Shown in pieces: positions 43,363-54,067 of a stretch of 64,000 bases of DNA. How positions within the stretch are numbered: position 1 is the stretch's first letter; every line of letters starts with the position of its first letter. Origin of the DNA: Candidatus Krumholzibacteriia bacterium. Lineage in GTDB: Bacteria > Krumholzibacteriota > Krumholzibacteriia > Krumholzibacteriales > Krumholzibacteriaceae. Under the pieces are notes generated by a model. That model did not search any database. It worked only from the letters and a program-made list of their open reading frames with translations, and was not told where the DNA came from. The translations under genes and the position numbers were made by a program. The stretch covers positions 384,001 through 448,000 of the forward strand of contig CAWIIQ010000001.1 of assembly GCA_963836185.1 (NCBI GenBank), given 5' to 3'.

Positions 43363-45539
43363 ATCCGTTCACAGTGCAATTGAGCGTCGGCATCGAAGAA
43401 GCCGCGCTATCTGCGGCGGCAAGGCTGCTGCGCTCTCTGAGATGATGGAGAGCGGCCTTCGTGTTCCTGGCGGATTCTGCGTAACCGCCGACGCCTACGA
43501 GTATTTCATAGAGGAGACCGGCCTTCGCGGCCGCATAGCGATGGAGCTGGGCCGTAAGCGCCTCGAGGAGATGCGCTGGGAGGAGATGTGGGACGCTGCC
43601 CTCCGTATAAGGAACATGTTTCTTGCTGCTTATATGCCCGATGAAGTCGGCCGTCGCCATCAGAAAGGCTGCGGCCGGTCAGTGGCTGTCCGAGGCGCCT
43701 GTGGCAGTGCGCTCGGCGTCCCTCGCCGAGGACAGCGCGGAGACCTCATTCGCGGGACTCCACGAGTCGTTCCTCAATGTGACGCGGTGAAGAGGAAATC
43801 CTCAAGCACGTCAGGCTCGTGTGGTCATCGCTCTGGTCTGACGCGGCGCTTTCTTACAGCAGGGAGCTCTCCCTGGACCCCGGCACGAGCAGCATGGCCG
43901 TGATAGTCCAGGAGATGGTTTTCGGAGAGAGGTCCGGGGTGGCTTTCGGCGTCGATCCGCAGAACAGCAGGCGGGCCGTCATCGAGGCGGTCTACGGCCT
44001 CAACAAGGGACTCGTCGACGGGGACGTCGAAGCCGACCGCTGGACGGTCGACAGGTCGAGCGGAAAGGCCCGGCAGATCACATGGCGCGTCACGAGTAGG
44101 CGCAGTCCGTCAGGGAGCGGAGTCCGGCTGGAATCTCTCGACAGGAGTACTTCGACAGGCCGGTTCTCGATGAGAGGGACGTATTGGAGGTCTTTTCCGC
44201 CCTGATGAAGGCGGAGGAGCTGTTCGGGGCGCCGCAGGACATGGAGTGGACGATAAGGAGGCGAAGATCTCTATATCCTGCAGGCTCGCCCGATCACGAC
44301 GGTGCAGTCCGCGGATGCTGATGAGAGACGATCGTACGACCTGAGCCTTCGAAGGAGCTTTCGCCAATCTCAAGGATATCGGAGAAAGGATAGTCAGCGA
44401 ATACCTGCCCGCCATGGAAACCGAGGCGGCCGAGGCCGCCGGGAAGGACCTCGGCAGCATGGATGACGAAGAGCTCTCGTCAGAGATCGAGAGCCGCAAT
44501 GAGGCGATGGAGCGCTGGCAAAAGGTCTACTGGGAGGATTTCATCCCGTTCGCCCACGGAGTTCGTCTGTTCGGGCAAGTCTACAATGACAGGCACAACC
44601 CGGAGGATCCATTCGAATTTATCGATCTTCTTGCCGCCGTTCCGCTGAAGAGCATGGAGCGCAACAGGAAACTCGCCGACCTGGCCTCGATGATCGCAAG
44701 GGCCAGCGGACTGGAGGGAATCGAGAAGGAGAAAGCCGAGGATGATATCGAGCAAAGCCTCGAATCGCTGGTCGGGGAGTTCGCCGGTCTCTCCTGCAGC
44801 ATGGCCGCCTGCGACGATGAGAAGGAATCACTCCGTTCGATCGCGGCTGAGATGTCCGGCATTGAAAGACCGGGAAACAGGAATAGACGAGGACAGGGTC
44901 GGGATACTCGAGAAGAGAGTGGTTCGCGTCCTTCGAGGATGAAGAGCGGATCATGCCTCCGAACTGCTCGAACTGGGGCGCGAGAGCTACCGGCTTCGGG
45001 ACGACGATAATATCTACCTCGGCAGGTTCGAGTCCAACCTTACGCGGGCGATGGAGGAGTCGAGGAGCAAGGCTCGGCGAGAGGTGCGATCGGCGAGTAC
45101 GCCTGCACCGATGCGGAGGAGGTCATAAGGGCGCTGCGGTTTTCCGATTATATTCCTGAATCCGCAGGGACAGGAGCCCGAGGCAAAGGACAGATACAGT
45201 GCTGCTCGCCCGCCAGCTGAGGGGCCAGCCCGCCGGAGCCGGTATCGCCAGGGGTAAAGGCAAGGGTCATCGGGAATATCGTCTGATCTCTTCAAGGTCA
45301 AAAGGGGGGAGATCCTCGTCTGCGACTCGATAGATCCCAACATGACCTTCGTGGTGCCTCTTGTCTCTGCGATAGTCGAGCGGCGAGGCGGCATGCTTAT
45401 TCACGGGGCGATCATCGCCCGCGAGTACGGGCTGCCATGCGTCACGGGCGTACCCGAAGCGACGAGATACATCAGGTCGGGAGTCACGATCACAGTCGAC
45501 GGTTACTACGGCCTTGTTATAATCCACGATGGTGATTGA
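43359..45539 (+). CDS. PEP-utilising enzyme (PEP/pyruvate-binding + mobile His domain; PEP synthase / rifamycin phosphotransferase-like); heavily frameshifted
   Basis: GLRVPGGFCVT, AVRSA..ED...SFAG, MAVIVQEMV, IEAVYGL and GGMLIHGAIIAREYGLPCV...VDG across fragments. Confidence 0.8.
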
Positions 45540-45573
45540 TCGAAGTTCCGTTATTCATTCAGTGACCTGACAT

Positions 45574-45605
45574 AAAAAGCGGGAGAGGCCTGGGCCCCTC
45601 CCGCT
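45574..45605 (-). terminator. Rho-independent terminator
   Basis: Hairpin AGCGGGAGAGGCC-TG-GGCCCCTCCCGCT with A5 tract (U-tract on minus) just after stop 45631. Confidence 0.75.
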
Positions 45606-45630
45606 ATGAAAGCGATCCTGCATTCGCTGG

Positions 45631-48600
45631 TTATCTCACTACGATCATCTTTTTCGTAGCGAAGTATTCTCCGGCTCTCAGCCTGTAGAAGTAAATCCCC
45701 GAAGCGATATTAAATGCCTCGAAGCTCACATCATGTCGCCCGGCCGAACGAGGTCCGTTGACGAGGGTCGCAATCTCTCGTCCCGACACATCGTATACCT
45801 TGAGGGATACGTTCTGAGAGGTTGGGAGAGTGAACGAGATCGTCGTAACGGGATTGAACGGGTTCGGGTGGTTCTGATCGAGCCCGTACGTCTCGGCAAT
45901 GGGCATGTCCTGCTCCTGCTCGGGCTTCTTCATCTTTTCGACGAGCGCCTCAGCGTCAGCCTTGCTGCAGTAGATCTTCGGGAACTCTACGACCGCGCCG
46001 TTCGGCAGGGCCGCGAAGAGCCCGAAGCCCTCTCCGTTCTGGTTGGACGCAGGATCGACGAATCCGCTGGCGAATACGACCGCCGCGCCTCCGTCGAGAC
46101 CTGTGAGGTCTATCTCGTAAAGCCCGACCACAGTGAAATCCCAGTCCCAGATACCCGAATAGTTCGCCAGAACCAGCGCCTTGTTCATCTTCGGCTTCAG
46201 CGATTCGTAATCAGTCATGTCGCCGTACTTGGCGTCATCGACAACAAGCTGGCCGAAGAAGACGTATACGTCGACCATCGGCGCGTCGGTCGCTCCGTGA
46301 AGCGTGAAGAACTCGACCTTCGACGGATCCATAGCGGCCTCGCGCGCTCCAGCCTTGGCGAAGAGTGTGAAGCCGATGTCGCGCCCGTCGGGATTGGCAG
46401 CGAACATCGCCGGATCGAGCACTCCGTTGGCGACGACCGCGTAGGTCTCGTCTGCCATCAGAGTCACCGGGAAGGTTGCGATTATGTCGCCCGCTCCCGT
46501 GCTCGTTCCCGGAGCGACTCCGATAACTAGCTCCACTTCGGCGGGTACGTCGATATACGGCGTGGCCGTGCGGAATGCGAAGTCATCGAGCTCCAGATTG
46601 CCGTTGATGTAGATATCGACCTCGGCAGCGCCCGGATCGGCCGCGTTATGGATCACCTGAAGGCGCGCCATGGCCATAGGCGGATCTGCGGGAGGGAATT
46701 CGACGACCGCGCCGTTCAGGCAGGGCCGCGAAGAGCCCGAAGGCCGCTCCGCCCTGGTTGTCGCCAGGTGTGAGGAACCCGCTGGCGAAAACTACAGCGG
46801 CTCCGCCGGCGAGACCGGATAGGTCGGCCTCGAAGGAGGCGACGATAGTCGAATTGTCGTCACCGGGTGTCACATCGAGGATGTAACTTGCCGGCGGAAC
46901 CGGAATATAACCTGTCATGTCGCCGTAGGCGGCGTTGTCGACGAGTGTCGCCACGCCGCGCGCGATCACGTCTACGGTCGGAGCGTCGGTCGCTCCGTGA
47001 AGCGCGAAGAACTCGACCATCGACATGTCCATCGCCGCTTCTCTGGCTCCAGCCTTGGCGAAGAGCGTAAACGCGATATCCAGCCCGTCAGGGTTGGCAG
47101 CGAACATCGTCGGATCGAGCACACCGTTGGCGATGACAGCGTAAGTCTCGTCTGCCATCAGAGTCACCGGGAAGGTGGCGAGGATATCGCCGGGGCCGGT
47201 GCTCGTGCCGGGAGCTACGCCGATAACGAGCTCTACGTTGGCCGGTACGTCAAGGTACTCCGTAGCTGTGCGGAACGCGAAGTCGTCCTTGAACAGGGCG
47301 TCGTTGACGTAGATGTCTACCACAGCAGCGCCCGGATCGGCCGCGTTATGGATCACCTGGAGGCGGGCCGTCGTCAGCGCGGGGAACTCTACGACCGCGC
47401 CGTTCAGGCAGGGCCGCGAAGAGCCCGAAGGCCGCTCCGCCCTGGTTGTCGGCGGGTGTGAGGAACCCGCTTGCGAACACGACTGCCGCTCCACCGGCCA
47501 GGCCGCTGAGATCGGCCTCGAACGAGGCAACTACCGTCGCGTTGTCGTCACCCGGAGTCACATCGAGGATGTAACTTGCCGGCGGAACCGGAATATAACC
47601 GGTCATGTCGCCGTAGGCCGCGTTATCGACCAGAGTGGCGACGCCGCGGGCGATGACATCTACGGTCGGCGCGTCGGTCGCTCCGTGAAGCGCGAAGAAC
47701 TCGACCATCGACATGTCCATCGCCGCTTCTCTGCGCTCCAGCCTTGGCGAAGAGCGTAAACGCGATATCCAGCCCGTCAGGGTTGGCAGCGAACATCGTC
47801 GGATCGAGCACACCGTTGGCGATGACAGCGTAGGTCTCGCCGGCCATCAGAGTCACCGGGAAGGTGGCGATGATATCGCCGGGGCCGGTGCTCGTGCCGG
47901 GGGCTACGCCGATAACGAGCTCTACGTTGGCCGGTACGTCAAGGTACTCCGTAGCTGTGCGGAACGCGAAGTCGTCCTTGAACAGGGCGTCGTTGACGTA
48001 GATGTCTACCACAGCAGCGCCCGGATCGGCCGCGTTATGGATCACCTGGAGGCGGGCCGTCGTCAGTGCCGGGAACTCTACGACCGCGCCGTTCGGCAGG
48101 GCCGCGAAGAGCCCGAAGGCCGCTCCGCCCTGGTTGTCGGCGGGTGTGAGGAACCCGCTGGCGAACACGACTGCCGCTCCACCGGCCAGGCCGGTGAGAT
48201 CGGCCTCGAACGAGGCAACTACCGTCGCGTTGTCGTCACCGGGTGTCACATCGAGGATGTAACTTGCCGGCGGTACCGGAATATAACCGGTCATGTCGCC
48301 GTAGGCCGCGTTATCGACCAGAGTCGCCACGCCGCGGGCGATCACGTCTACCGTCGGAGCGTCGGTCGCTCCGTGAAGCGCGAAGAACTCGACCATCGAC
48401 ATGTCCATCGCCGCTTCTCTGCGCTCCAGCCTTGGCGAAGAGCGTAAACGCGATATCCAGGCCGTCAGGGTTGGCGGCGAACATCGTCGGATCGAGCACA
48501 CCGTTGGCGATGACCGCGTAGGTCTCGTCTGCCATCAGAGTCACCGGGAAGGTGGCGATGATGTCGCCGGGGCCGGTGCTCGTGCCGGGAGCTACGCCGA

Positions 48601-49471
48601 TAACGAGCTCTACGTTGGCCGGTACGTCAAGGTACTCCGTAGCTGTGCGGAACGCGAAGTCGTCCTTGAACAGGGCGTCGTTGACGTAGATGTCTACCAC
48701 AGCAGCGCCCGGATCGGCCGCGTTATGGATCACCTGGAGGCGGGCCGTCGTCGGCATCGGAGGCTCGGGCAGGGTGCCATAGAGCTTTATCTGGCCGCGG
48801 ATCTCGCCCGAGATGTAGTCGCCAGGTCCCGTATTGTCTCCGTCCAGTCCGTCGTCGGTATGGACGTTTACATACGCGTCTCCCGAGGCTAGAGCGTCGA
48901 TGAGTGCCTTAAGCGGCTGGCCAGCGAGCGGTCCCATGAGATCATCAGCTGTCACGACACCTTCTTCATAGGTGCATCTCTGCCAGCCGCCACCCGGTTC
49001 CATCGGTCCGTAAAGGGTCGCTACCGGGGGACCGTTCTCTCCTCTTTTACCGAGGTGAATATGGGCGGCTACGATGTTCTCGAACATCCACAGGTACATC
49101 CTGAAGTGCAGTTCCATGTAACCTTCATCGATCTGAGCGAGGAAGATACCTTTCGACATGGACTTGTTGGGAGGCACCTCCTGTTTGCCGCTCATCCAGG
49201 CGTAGAAAAGATGCTTCGGATGGTGTCCACCCGTCATCAGCATCTGCCTGCCGCTTGATTTGGCAGGATCGTTATCCCTCTTGGAATATAGGTCAAGGAC
49301 GTCGCCGACAACGGGTTCGTTTTCGAAATTATCGCTCCATGTCTTCTCCCACTCGGAGACCTTGGAACCCTTGTCGATCTGTAATTCCCCTCCATCGTTG
49401 CTCTGACCGGCAGCGCCAGTCGCGAACATCATTGAAAGGGACAGCAGAACCAGTAGTAGTTTGGTTCTCAT
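45631..49471 (-). CDS. Secreted CHRD + tandem DUF4397 protein with T9SS-like CTD; split by frameshifts
   Basis: Signal peptide; CHRD (QEVPP..., AAHIHLG..GENGPPV, AYVNVHT...GEIRGQI); four ARLQVIHNAADP units; QNHPNPFNP...KKMIVVR. Confidence 0.85.
45990..48752 (-). repeat. Intragenic tandem repeat: 3 near-identical units of about 688 bp plus 1 diverged unit
   Basis: GTTATGGATCACCTG recurs at about 48722, 48034, 47345 and 46645. Confidence 0.95.
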
Positions 49472-49539
49472 TATTTCCTCCTTTGCTGATACTGCTGTAT
49501 TTATCTCTTTACGCTGATTTAGCATTATTTATCTGTCGC

Positions 49540-50967
49540 TTACGGATTCGGCATAACCTCGAACCCGATCCATGGGAATGTCACCGTATCCACGATGAAC
49601 AGGCGGAATCCGTTTCCGTTGACCGGCGGATTCGCCGCCGAACCCATTGCCACGGCAAACAGCCTGTTACCGGCGGCGGGGCCGACCTCGAACGTGAACA
49701 GTGGTGTCGTCTGACCTGTCAATGCCACACCGATATCATAGGTGCCTGCGGGAACCACTGTTCCGGCACCGGTCGAAGACTCCGTGAAATCGACATCAGT
49801 GAAATCGGGAATCGGTGTCAGGACATTGAGTGAAACGGTACCGATGTCGACAGCGGGAGCGTCAGGAGAGGCATGAACGGCTCTTACGAGGGGATCCGTG
49901 CCTCCCAGAGTAAAGGCGTCACCGACCGGGATAAGCTGGAAATCGGGAGGACCCTCACTGAGGAATCCTGAGGCGATGGCGAGGTAGCGTTCTCCAGCGG
50001 CCAGCGCGGGTGTCGTCGCCGAAGCGGAGGTCACTCCGCTGCCCGTAGCCTGGAAATCGAGCGTGTAGGCGCCCGGTGGTACCTGGACCAGGGAGCTGAG
50101 CTCACCGAATCCGAGGCTCTCCACGAGTATGGTCCCTCCCGTAACGATATCTACCGCGGGTGCGTCCGGAGATGCATGCAGTGCGAATACGGAGGGATTC
50201 TGCTTGATGAAACCGATAGAGCCAGTCGGTGCGACGGCGAGAAGGGTGAATCCGTCGTCCTCGCGCGGCAGCTTGCTCAAGAGCCCCGTAGCGATAACGA
50301 AGAGCTCTCCGCCCTCGGGAAGGGACGGGGTTGTAAATACCGTTACCCTGCCAAGAGGATTGCCGGCCCATATAGCTATCTGCAGCGCGGTGCCGGACGG
50401 AAGAGGCACACCTGCAACGCCTGTATCATCGAAGCGGGCAAAATCAAGTATCTCGGGATTGGCGTCGTTGCCGACGTCGATCGCGACCGTCGGAGCGTCA
50501 GCTGAGCCGTGGATGATCCTGACAGCGGCGTTGCCGGCGCCCGGATCGGCAAAGTCTTCCATAAGAGGCAGGACGCGGAACTTGTCGTCGGCATCCATAC
50601 TGCTGAAAAGTCCGACGGCGAGAGCCGTGTACTTGTCTTCATCATCTATAGTGAGGTCACCGGTCTCATATACAGGAGCCGAGCCGGGATCGGCACCCGC
50701 ACCGCGCAGCTGTATGTTGTATGTGCCGGCGTCAAGGTCGAGATAGTCGCTCGTCTCACCATACTCGAGGTCGGTGATCAGAGCGCCCGAGACTCCCTCA
50801 GCGTAGATGTCTACGGACGGCGCGTCAGGCGATGCGTGGATTACTCTCAGCATGGCGCCAGAACCCATTTCTGGCTCGACGATCGTCTCATCATCATCGC
50901 AACCGACGATGAAGGTCGACAGGGCGATCATTACTATCAATGACAGAATACTCTTTTTCCAATTCAT
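49540..50967 (-). CDS. DUF4397-domain lipoprotein
   Basis: Lipobox IVGC; four H(A/G)S(P/A)DAP.V motifs. Confidence 0.9.
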   Translation of the reverse strand: MNWKKSILSLIVMIALSTFIVGCDDDETIVEPEMGSGAMLRVIHASPDAPSVDIYAEGVSGALITDLEYGETSDYLDLDAGTYNIQLRGAGADPGSAPVYETGDLTIDDEDKYTALAVGLFSSMDADDKFRVLPLMEDFADPGAGNAAVRIIHGSADAPTVAIDVGNDANPEILDFARFDDTGVAGVPLPSGTALQIAIWAGNPLGRVTVFTTPSLPEGGELFVIATGLLSKLPREDDGFTLLAVAPTGSIGFIKQNPSVFALHASPDAPAVDIVTGGTILVESLGFGELSSLVQVPPGAYTLDFQATGSGVTSASATTPALAAGERYLAIASGFLSEGPPDFQLIPVGDAFTLGGTDPLVRAVHASPDAPAVDIGTVSLNVLTPIPDFTDVDFTESSTGAGTVVPAGTYDIGVALTGQTTPLFTFEVGPAAGNRLFAVAMGSAANPPVNGNGFRLFIVDTVTFPWIGFEVMPNP

Positions 50968-51152
50968 GATCAGGTTCCTTTAATTTTTCGATAGTCAGGA
51001 CAATGATTTAGCGAGATTCTTGAATGAACTTTACCCCCTTTTCTTAGATATACACGGCGGTTTCCGGATCGATTCTTATGGTTAGTTGACCCCGGTGGTT
51101 TCCGCCTATCTTATACATGCATGAATATTGGACGAATCGAGAATGATTGTAA

Positions 51153-51357
51153 ACTCGGTGAAATACGGGTTTTCACCCAATAAATTACCAGTATCAATTC
51201 TTGTATTTTTTTACTGCAGGGCATGAAATTGGGCAGAATCCCCCCAGCTAGCTCTTTAATCTTATTGATATTCCGTTGATCTGACAAGTCCAGTCCTTCA
51301 GGGCCTATTCAGGCAGCACTGGTATTTATATTTCCGTATACTGGTATTTCACCGAGT
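51153..51357. promoter_or_regulatory. Mirror-symmetric response-regulator binding sites in a divergent promoter region
   Basis: 14-bp inverted repeat ACTCGGTGAAATAC (51153) / GTATTTCACCGAGT (51344); ACTGGTATTT at 51318 and 51340, with reverse-oriented near matches at 51161 and 51183 (both pairs 22 bp apart). Confidence 0.6.
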
Positions 51358-51423
51358 AGCCAGGGAGTCCAGATCCGGTTATCTTGATTTAAGATCTTTG
51401 AATAACCGCAACCGGAGAGAGGC

Positions 51424-51819
51424 ATGGAGAGGCGAAGGGTAATAATAGCAGACAGTAGCCATCACCTTATGGAAGGAATCAGGGGGCTTCTGGATACTGT
51501 ATTCGATTCATTAGTCATGGTTGCCGATGTAAGGTCCCTGATCGATACCGCCGATAAACTTGGGGCTGATCTGGCGGTGGTGGACCTTACAATCGGTAAC
51601 GGTGATTTCGTTGAGACGATAAGAGATGTGAAAGAGAGGTTTCCGGGCCTCAAGATAATCCTTATGAGTATTCACGACGACGAAAAGGTACTCGAAAAGG
51701 CCATGTTTGCAGGTGTGGATGGATTCGTTCTCAAACGCCTGGTAGCGGACGACCTGTTACCCGCCGTCGATGCCGTTCTCGGCGGCGGGACGTTCGCTTC
51801 AAGACTTCAGAAAAGCTGA
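51424..51819 (+). CDS. Single-domain response regulator (receiver only)
   Basis: VIIADS...DLAVVDL...LMSIH...GFVLK receiver pattern with no output domain. Confidence 0.85.
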   Translation: MERRRVIIADSSHHLMEGIRGLLDTVFDSLVMVADVRSLIDTADKLGADLAVVDLTIGNGDFVETIRDVKERFPGLKIILMSIHDDEKVLEKAMFAGVDGFVLKRLVADDLLPAVDAVLGGGTFASRLQKS

Positions 51820-51826
51820 CCTTCCC

Positions 51827-52471
51827 CTAAATCGAGATAATACCGTGCTTGATGGCGTAGTGTATCAGCTCTGCGCTTGTGCCAAGGTTCAGTTCCTGCA
51901 TCATCTTGTACTTGTGGAACTCTACCGTCCGGGCAGAGATGTTGAGCTTCGCGGCCGTTTCCTTCGTCGAGAAACCCTCGGCGAGCAGCTGCAGGACCTC
52001 GCGCTGGCGGTCAGTGAGCTTCGCGCGGACGTCGTCCGGCCTGATATCTCCATCCTCCCTGTATGAGCGGATCAGGTCGCCGGCGATCATCGGTGTCACG
52101 AATGTCCTTCCCCGTAAAGCTTCCTTAATTGCGGAGACCAGTTCCTGGGTGGCGGCCTGCTTCATGACATAACCCGATGCTCCCGCATCGAATCCCCTCG
52201 TGGCGTAGGTTACGTCACCGTGCATCGTCAGCAGGACTACCTTGATATCGGGATCGATCTTCTTTATCTGGATGGTCGCCTCTATGCCGTTGAGCTCCGG
52301 CATGGAGATATCAGTCACCACGATATTCGGCCTGAGCTTTTCGACTTCCTCGATCAATGCTCTTCCGTTTTCCGCGGTCCCGATGATATCGAACTCATCT
52401 TCCAGAAGGCTCACCAGGCCGTCGAGAAATATCCTGTGATCGTCAGCGAGTACAATCCTGGGGCGTTCCAT
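51827..52471 (-). CDS. NarL/LuxR-family response regulator
   Basis: LADDH...TDISMPELNG; LTDRQREVLQLLAEG...LNISARTVEFHK HTH. Confidence 0.95.
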   Translation of the reverse strand: MERPRIVLADDHRIFLDGLVSLLEDEFDIIGTAENGRALIEEVEKLRPNIVVTDISMPELNGIEATIQIKKIDPDIKVVLLTMHGDVTYATRGFDAGASGYVMKQAATQELVSAIKEALRGRTFVTPMIAGDLIRSYREDGDIRPDDVRAKLTDRQREVLQLLAEGFSTKETAAKLNISARTVEFHKYKMMQELNLGTSAELIHYAIKHGIISI

Positions 52472-52490
52472 TAAATCCTCCGTGGTCTCA

Positions 52491-53636
52491 TTAGCCTCCG
52501 CCGAATGGTACTTCGACTGAGACGGTGGTTCCGGAGCCGGGATTCGAGGTGATAGTCACATCACCGCCGATCAGCAGGGCGCGCTCCCTGATACTTACCA
52601 GACCGAGGCGTTTCTTGCTCTTTATCGATTCGAGATCGAATCCGATTCCGTCATCCTCGATTGAGATGTGGATCGAATCCTCTTTCGTGCCAAGCCCTAT
52701 CCTTACCTGTTTCGCTTCAGCGTGCCTGGCTGTATTGCCGAGGCTCTCCTGGATTATCCGGTAGAGGTTAAGCGCAGTCTCTCTCGGCAGATCGGGCGGG
52801 ATCTTTCCGATATCGAACTTGACGGCTATTCCCTCGTTGTCTGCGAAGCTTTTACAATATGAGGCAACAGCGTCGGCCAGCCCGAGGTCCTCGATTATAC
52901 GCGGATGGAGCTGTGTAGCGATGTCGTGGATATCGCCTGAGAGACTGGACATCTCCTCCTGGATCCTCTTGAGGCCCTCGACGTTTCTCTCGTCTTCGAA
53001 GTTGTTGATTTCAATTTTTGCCGCCAGCATTGATATAAGGGCGAGACGCTGGCCCATGCTGTCGTGGAGTTCGCGGGCAAGGTGTCTGTTCGAGTCTTCG
53101 CGCGCAGTAATCAGTTTCCGCGACAGCGCCCGGTATTCCTCGCGGCTTTCGCGCAAGTGCTGTTCGCTCCTGCGCAGCTCATCCTCGGCGATCTTTCTTC
53201 TCGTTATGTTCGTATGGGATACCACCGCTCCACCCTCAGGCCTTTTCATAGGCAGGACGGTCATGAGGAACCAGCGTTCCTCTGTGGGCGACGAGCAGGG
53301 ATATTCCATCGTGAATATCTCCTTCTCGCCACTGATTACCTGCTGCATCCCCGCGAGAGCAGTTGAGGCGTATTCACCGTCTTCGGCTATCGCACGACGG
53401 CACACTTCGAGGTAGTTGGCGCCCTCTGAGACGTCGAGCGCAGACTGGGCGTCGTTCCGGCGTGCGAAACTCCGCCAGGCCTCGTTGACGGCGATTATGC
53501 TGCCGTCCTTCTCGACCACTGCAATGTGCTCGTACAGTGAGTTGAGGACTGCGGTGAAGAATGCCTCGGCATCCGTATGGTCCGGTCCCACAAAGCGGTA
53601 TCGCTCTTCGCGGCATTCTGGATTGTCGTCAGGCAT
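52491..53636 (-). CDS. Cytoplasmic PAS sensor histidine kinase (HisKA_3)
   Basis: PAS (VNEAW...GANYL...EYPC..ERWF); LARELHD H-box; QESLGN, DDGIGF, GLVSIRER; no TM. Confidence 0.9.
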   Translation of the reverse strand: MPDDNPECREERYRFVGPDHTDAEAFFTAVLNSLYEHIAVVEKDGSIIAVNEAWRSFARRNDAQSALDVSEGANYLEVCRRAIAEDGEYASTALAGMQQVISGEKEIFTMEYPCSSPTEERWFLMTVLPMKRPEGGAVVSHTNITRRKIAEDELRRSEQHLRESREEYRALSRKLITAREDSNRHLARELHDSMGQRLALISMLAAKIEINNFEDERNVEGLKRIQEEMSSLSGDIHDIATQLHPRIIEDLGLADAVASYCKSFADNEGIAVKFDIGKIPPDLPRETALNLYRIIQESLGNTARHAEAKQVRIGLGTKEDSIHISIEDDGIGFDLESIKSKKRLGLVSIRERALLIGGDVTITSNPGSGTTVSVEVPFGGG

Positions 53637-53750
53637 GATCAGGTCCCCTCGGAAGAATCGACCTGAGTGTACTATTATCTGGCAGCAGTTACAAGGCTGA
53701 GCTGGATGTATGCTGACGGACGGAGTTGTTTTCGACCTCTCCGAATACCC

Positions 53751-53880
53751 TCAGCAGGTTAACTCCCCGTCGTAGTCGGAACCGAGGCCGATGTGGTCGA
53801 TCAGGACGTCGATCTCCTGTGATTCGGACATTGACGCAATCCACAGGGGCCTGAGTTTCTCGCGGGCCGCCTCATTCCGG
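53751..53880 (-). pseudogene. Remnant of membrane dipeptidase (peptidase M19)
   Basis: Minus frame reads ...AAREKLRPLW...IDVLIDHIGLGSDYDGELTC*; the M19 signature (IDHI...DHVGLGSDFDG) is collapsed. Confidence 0.55.
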
Positions 53881-54067
53881 CTTGTCTGTCGACGAATCGC
53901 TGTAGGCGTCTCCGCTCCCGACGAAGACGGCGAGGAATACGGCGTCGAGCCCGCCCTTGTCGTTGCGCACGCATATATCGAGGGCCCCGGATCATGTTCA
54001 GCGGCGTGTCTACGTGTGTGTTTCTGACGGCTCTGGAAATGAAGGGAAATAAGAATTTACGGTAAAC

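Noticed and set aside
45990-48752. CRISPR array or mobile-element repeats
   Set aside because: Units are about 690-bp coding domain duplications with no spacers or terminal inverted repeats.
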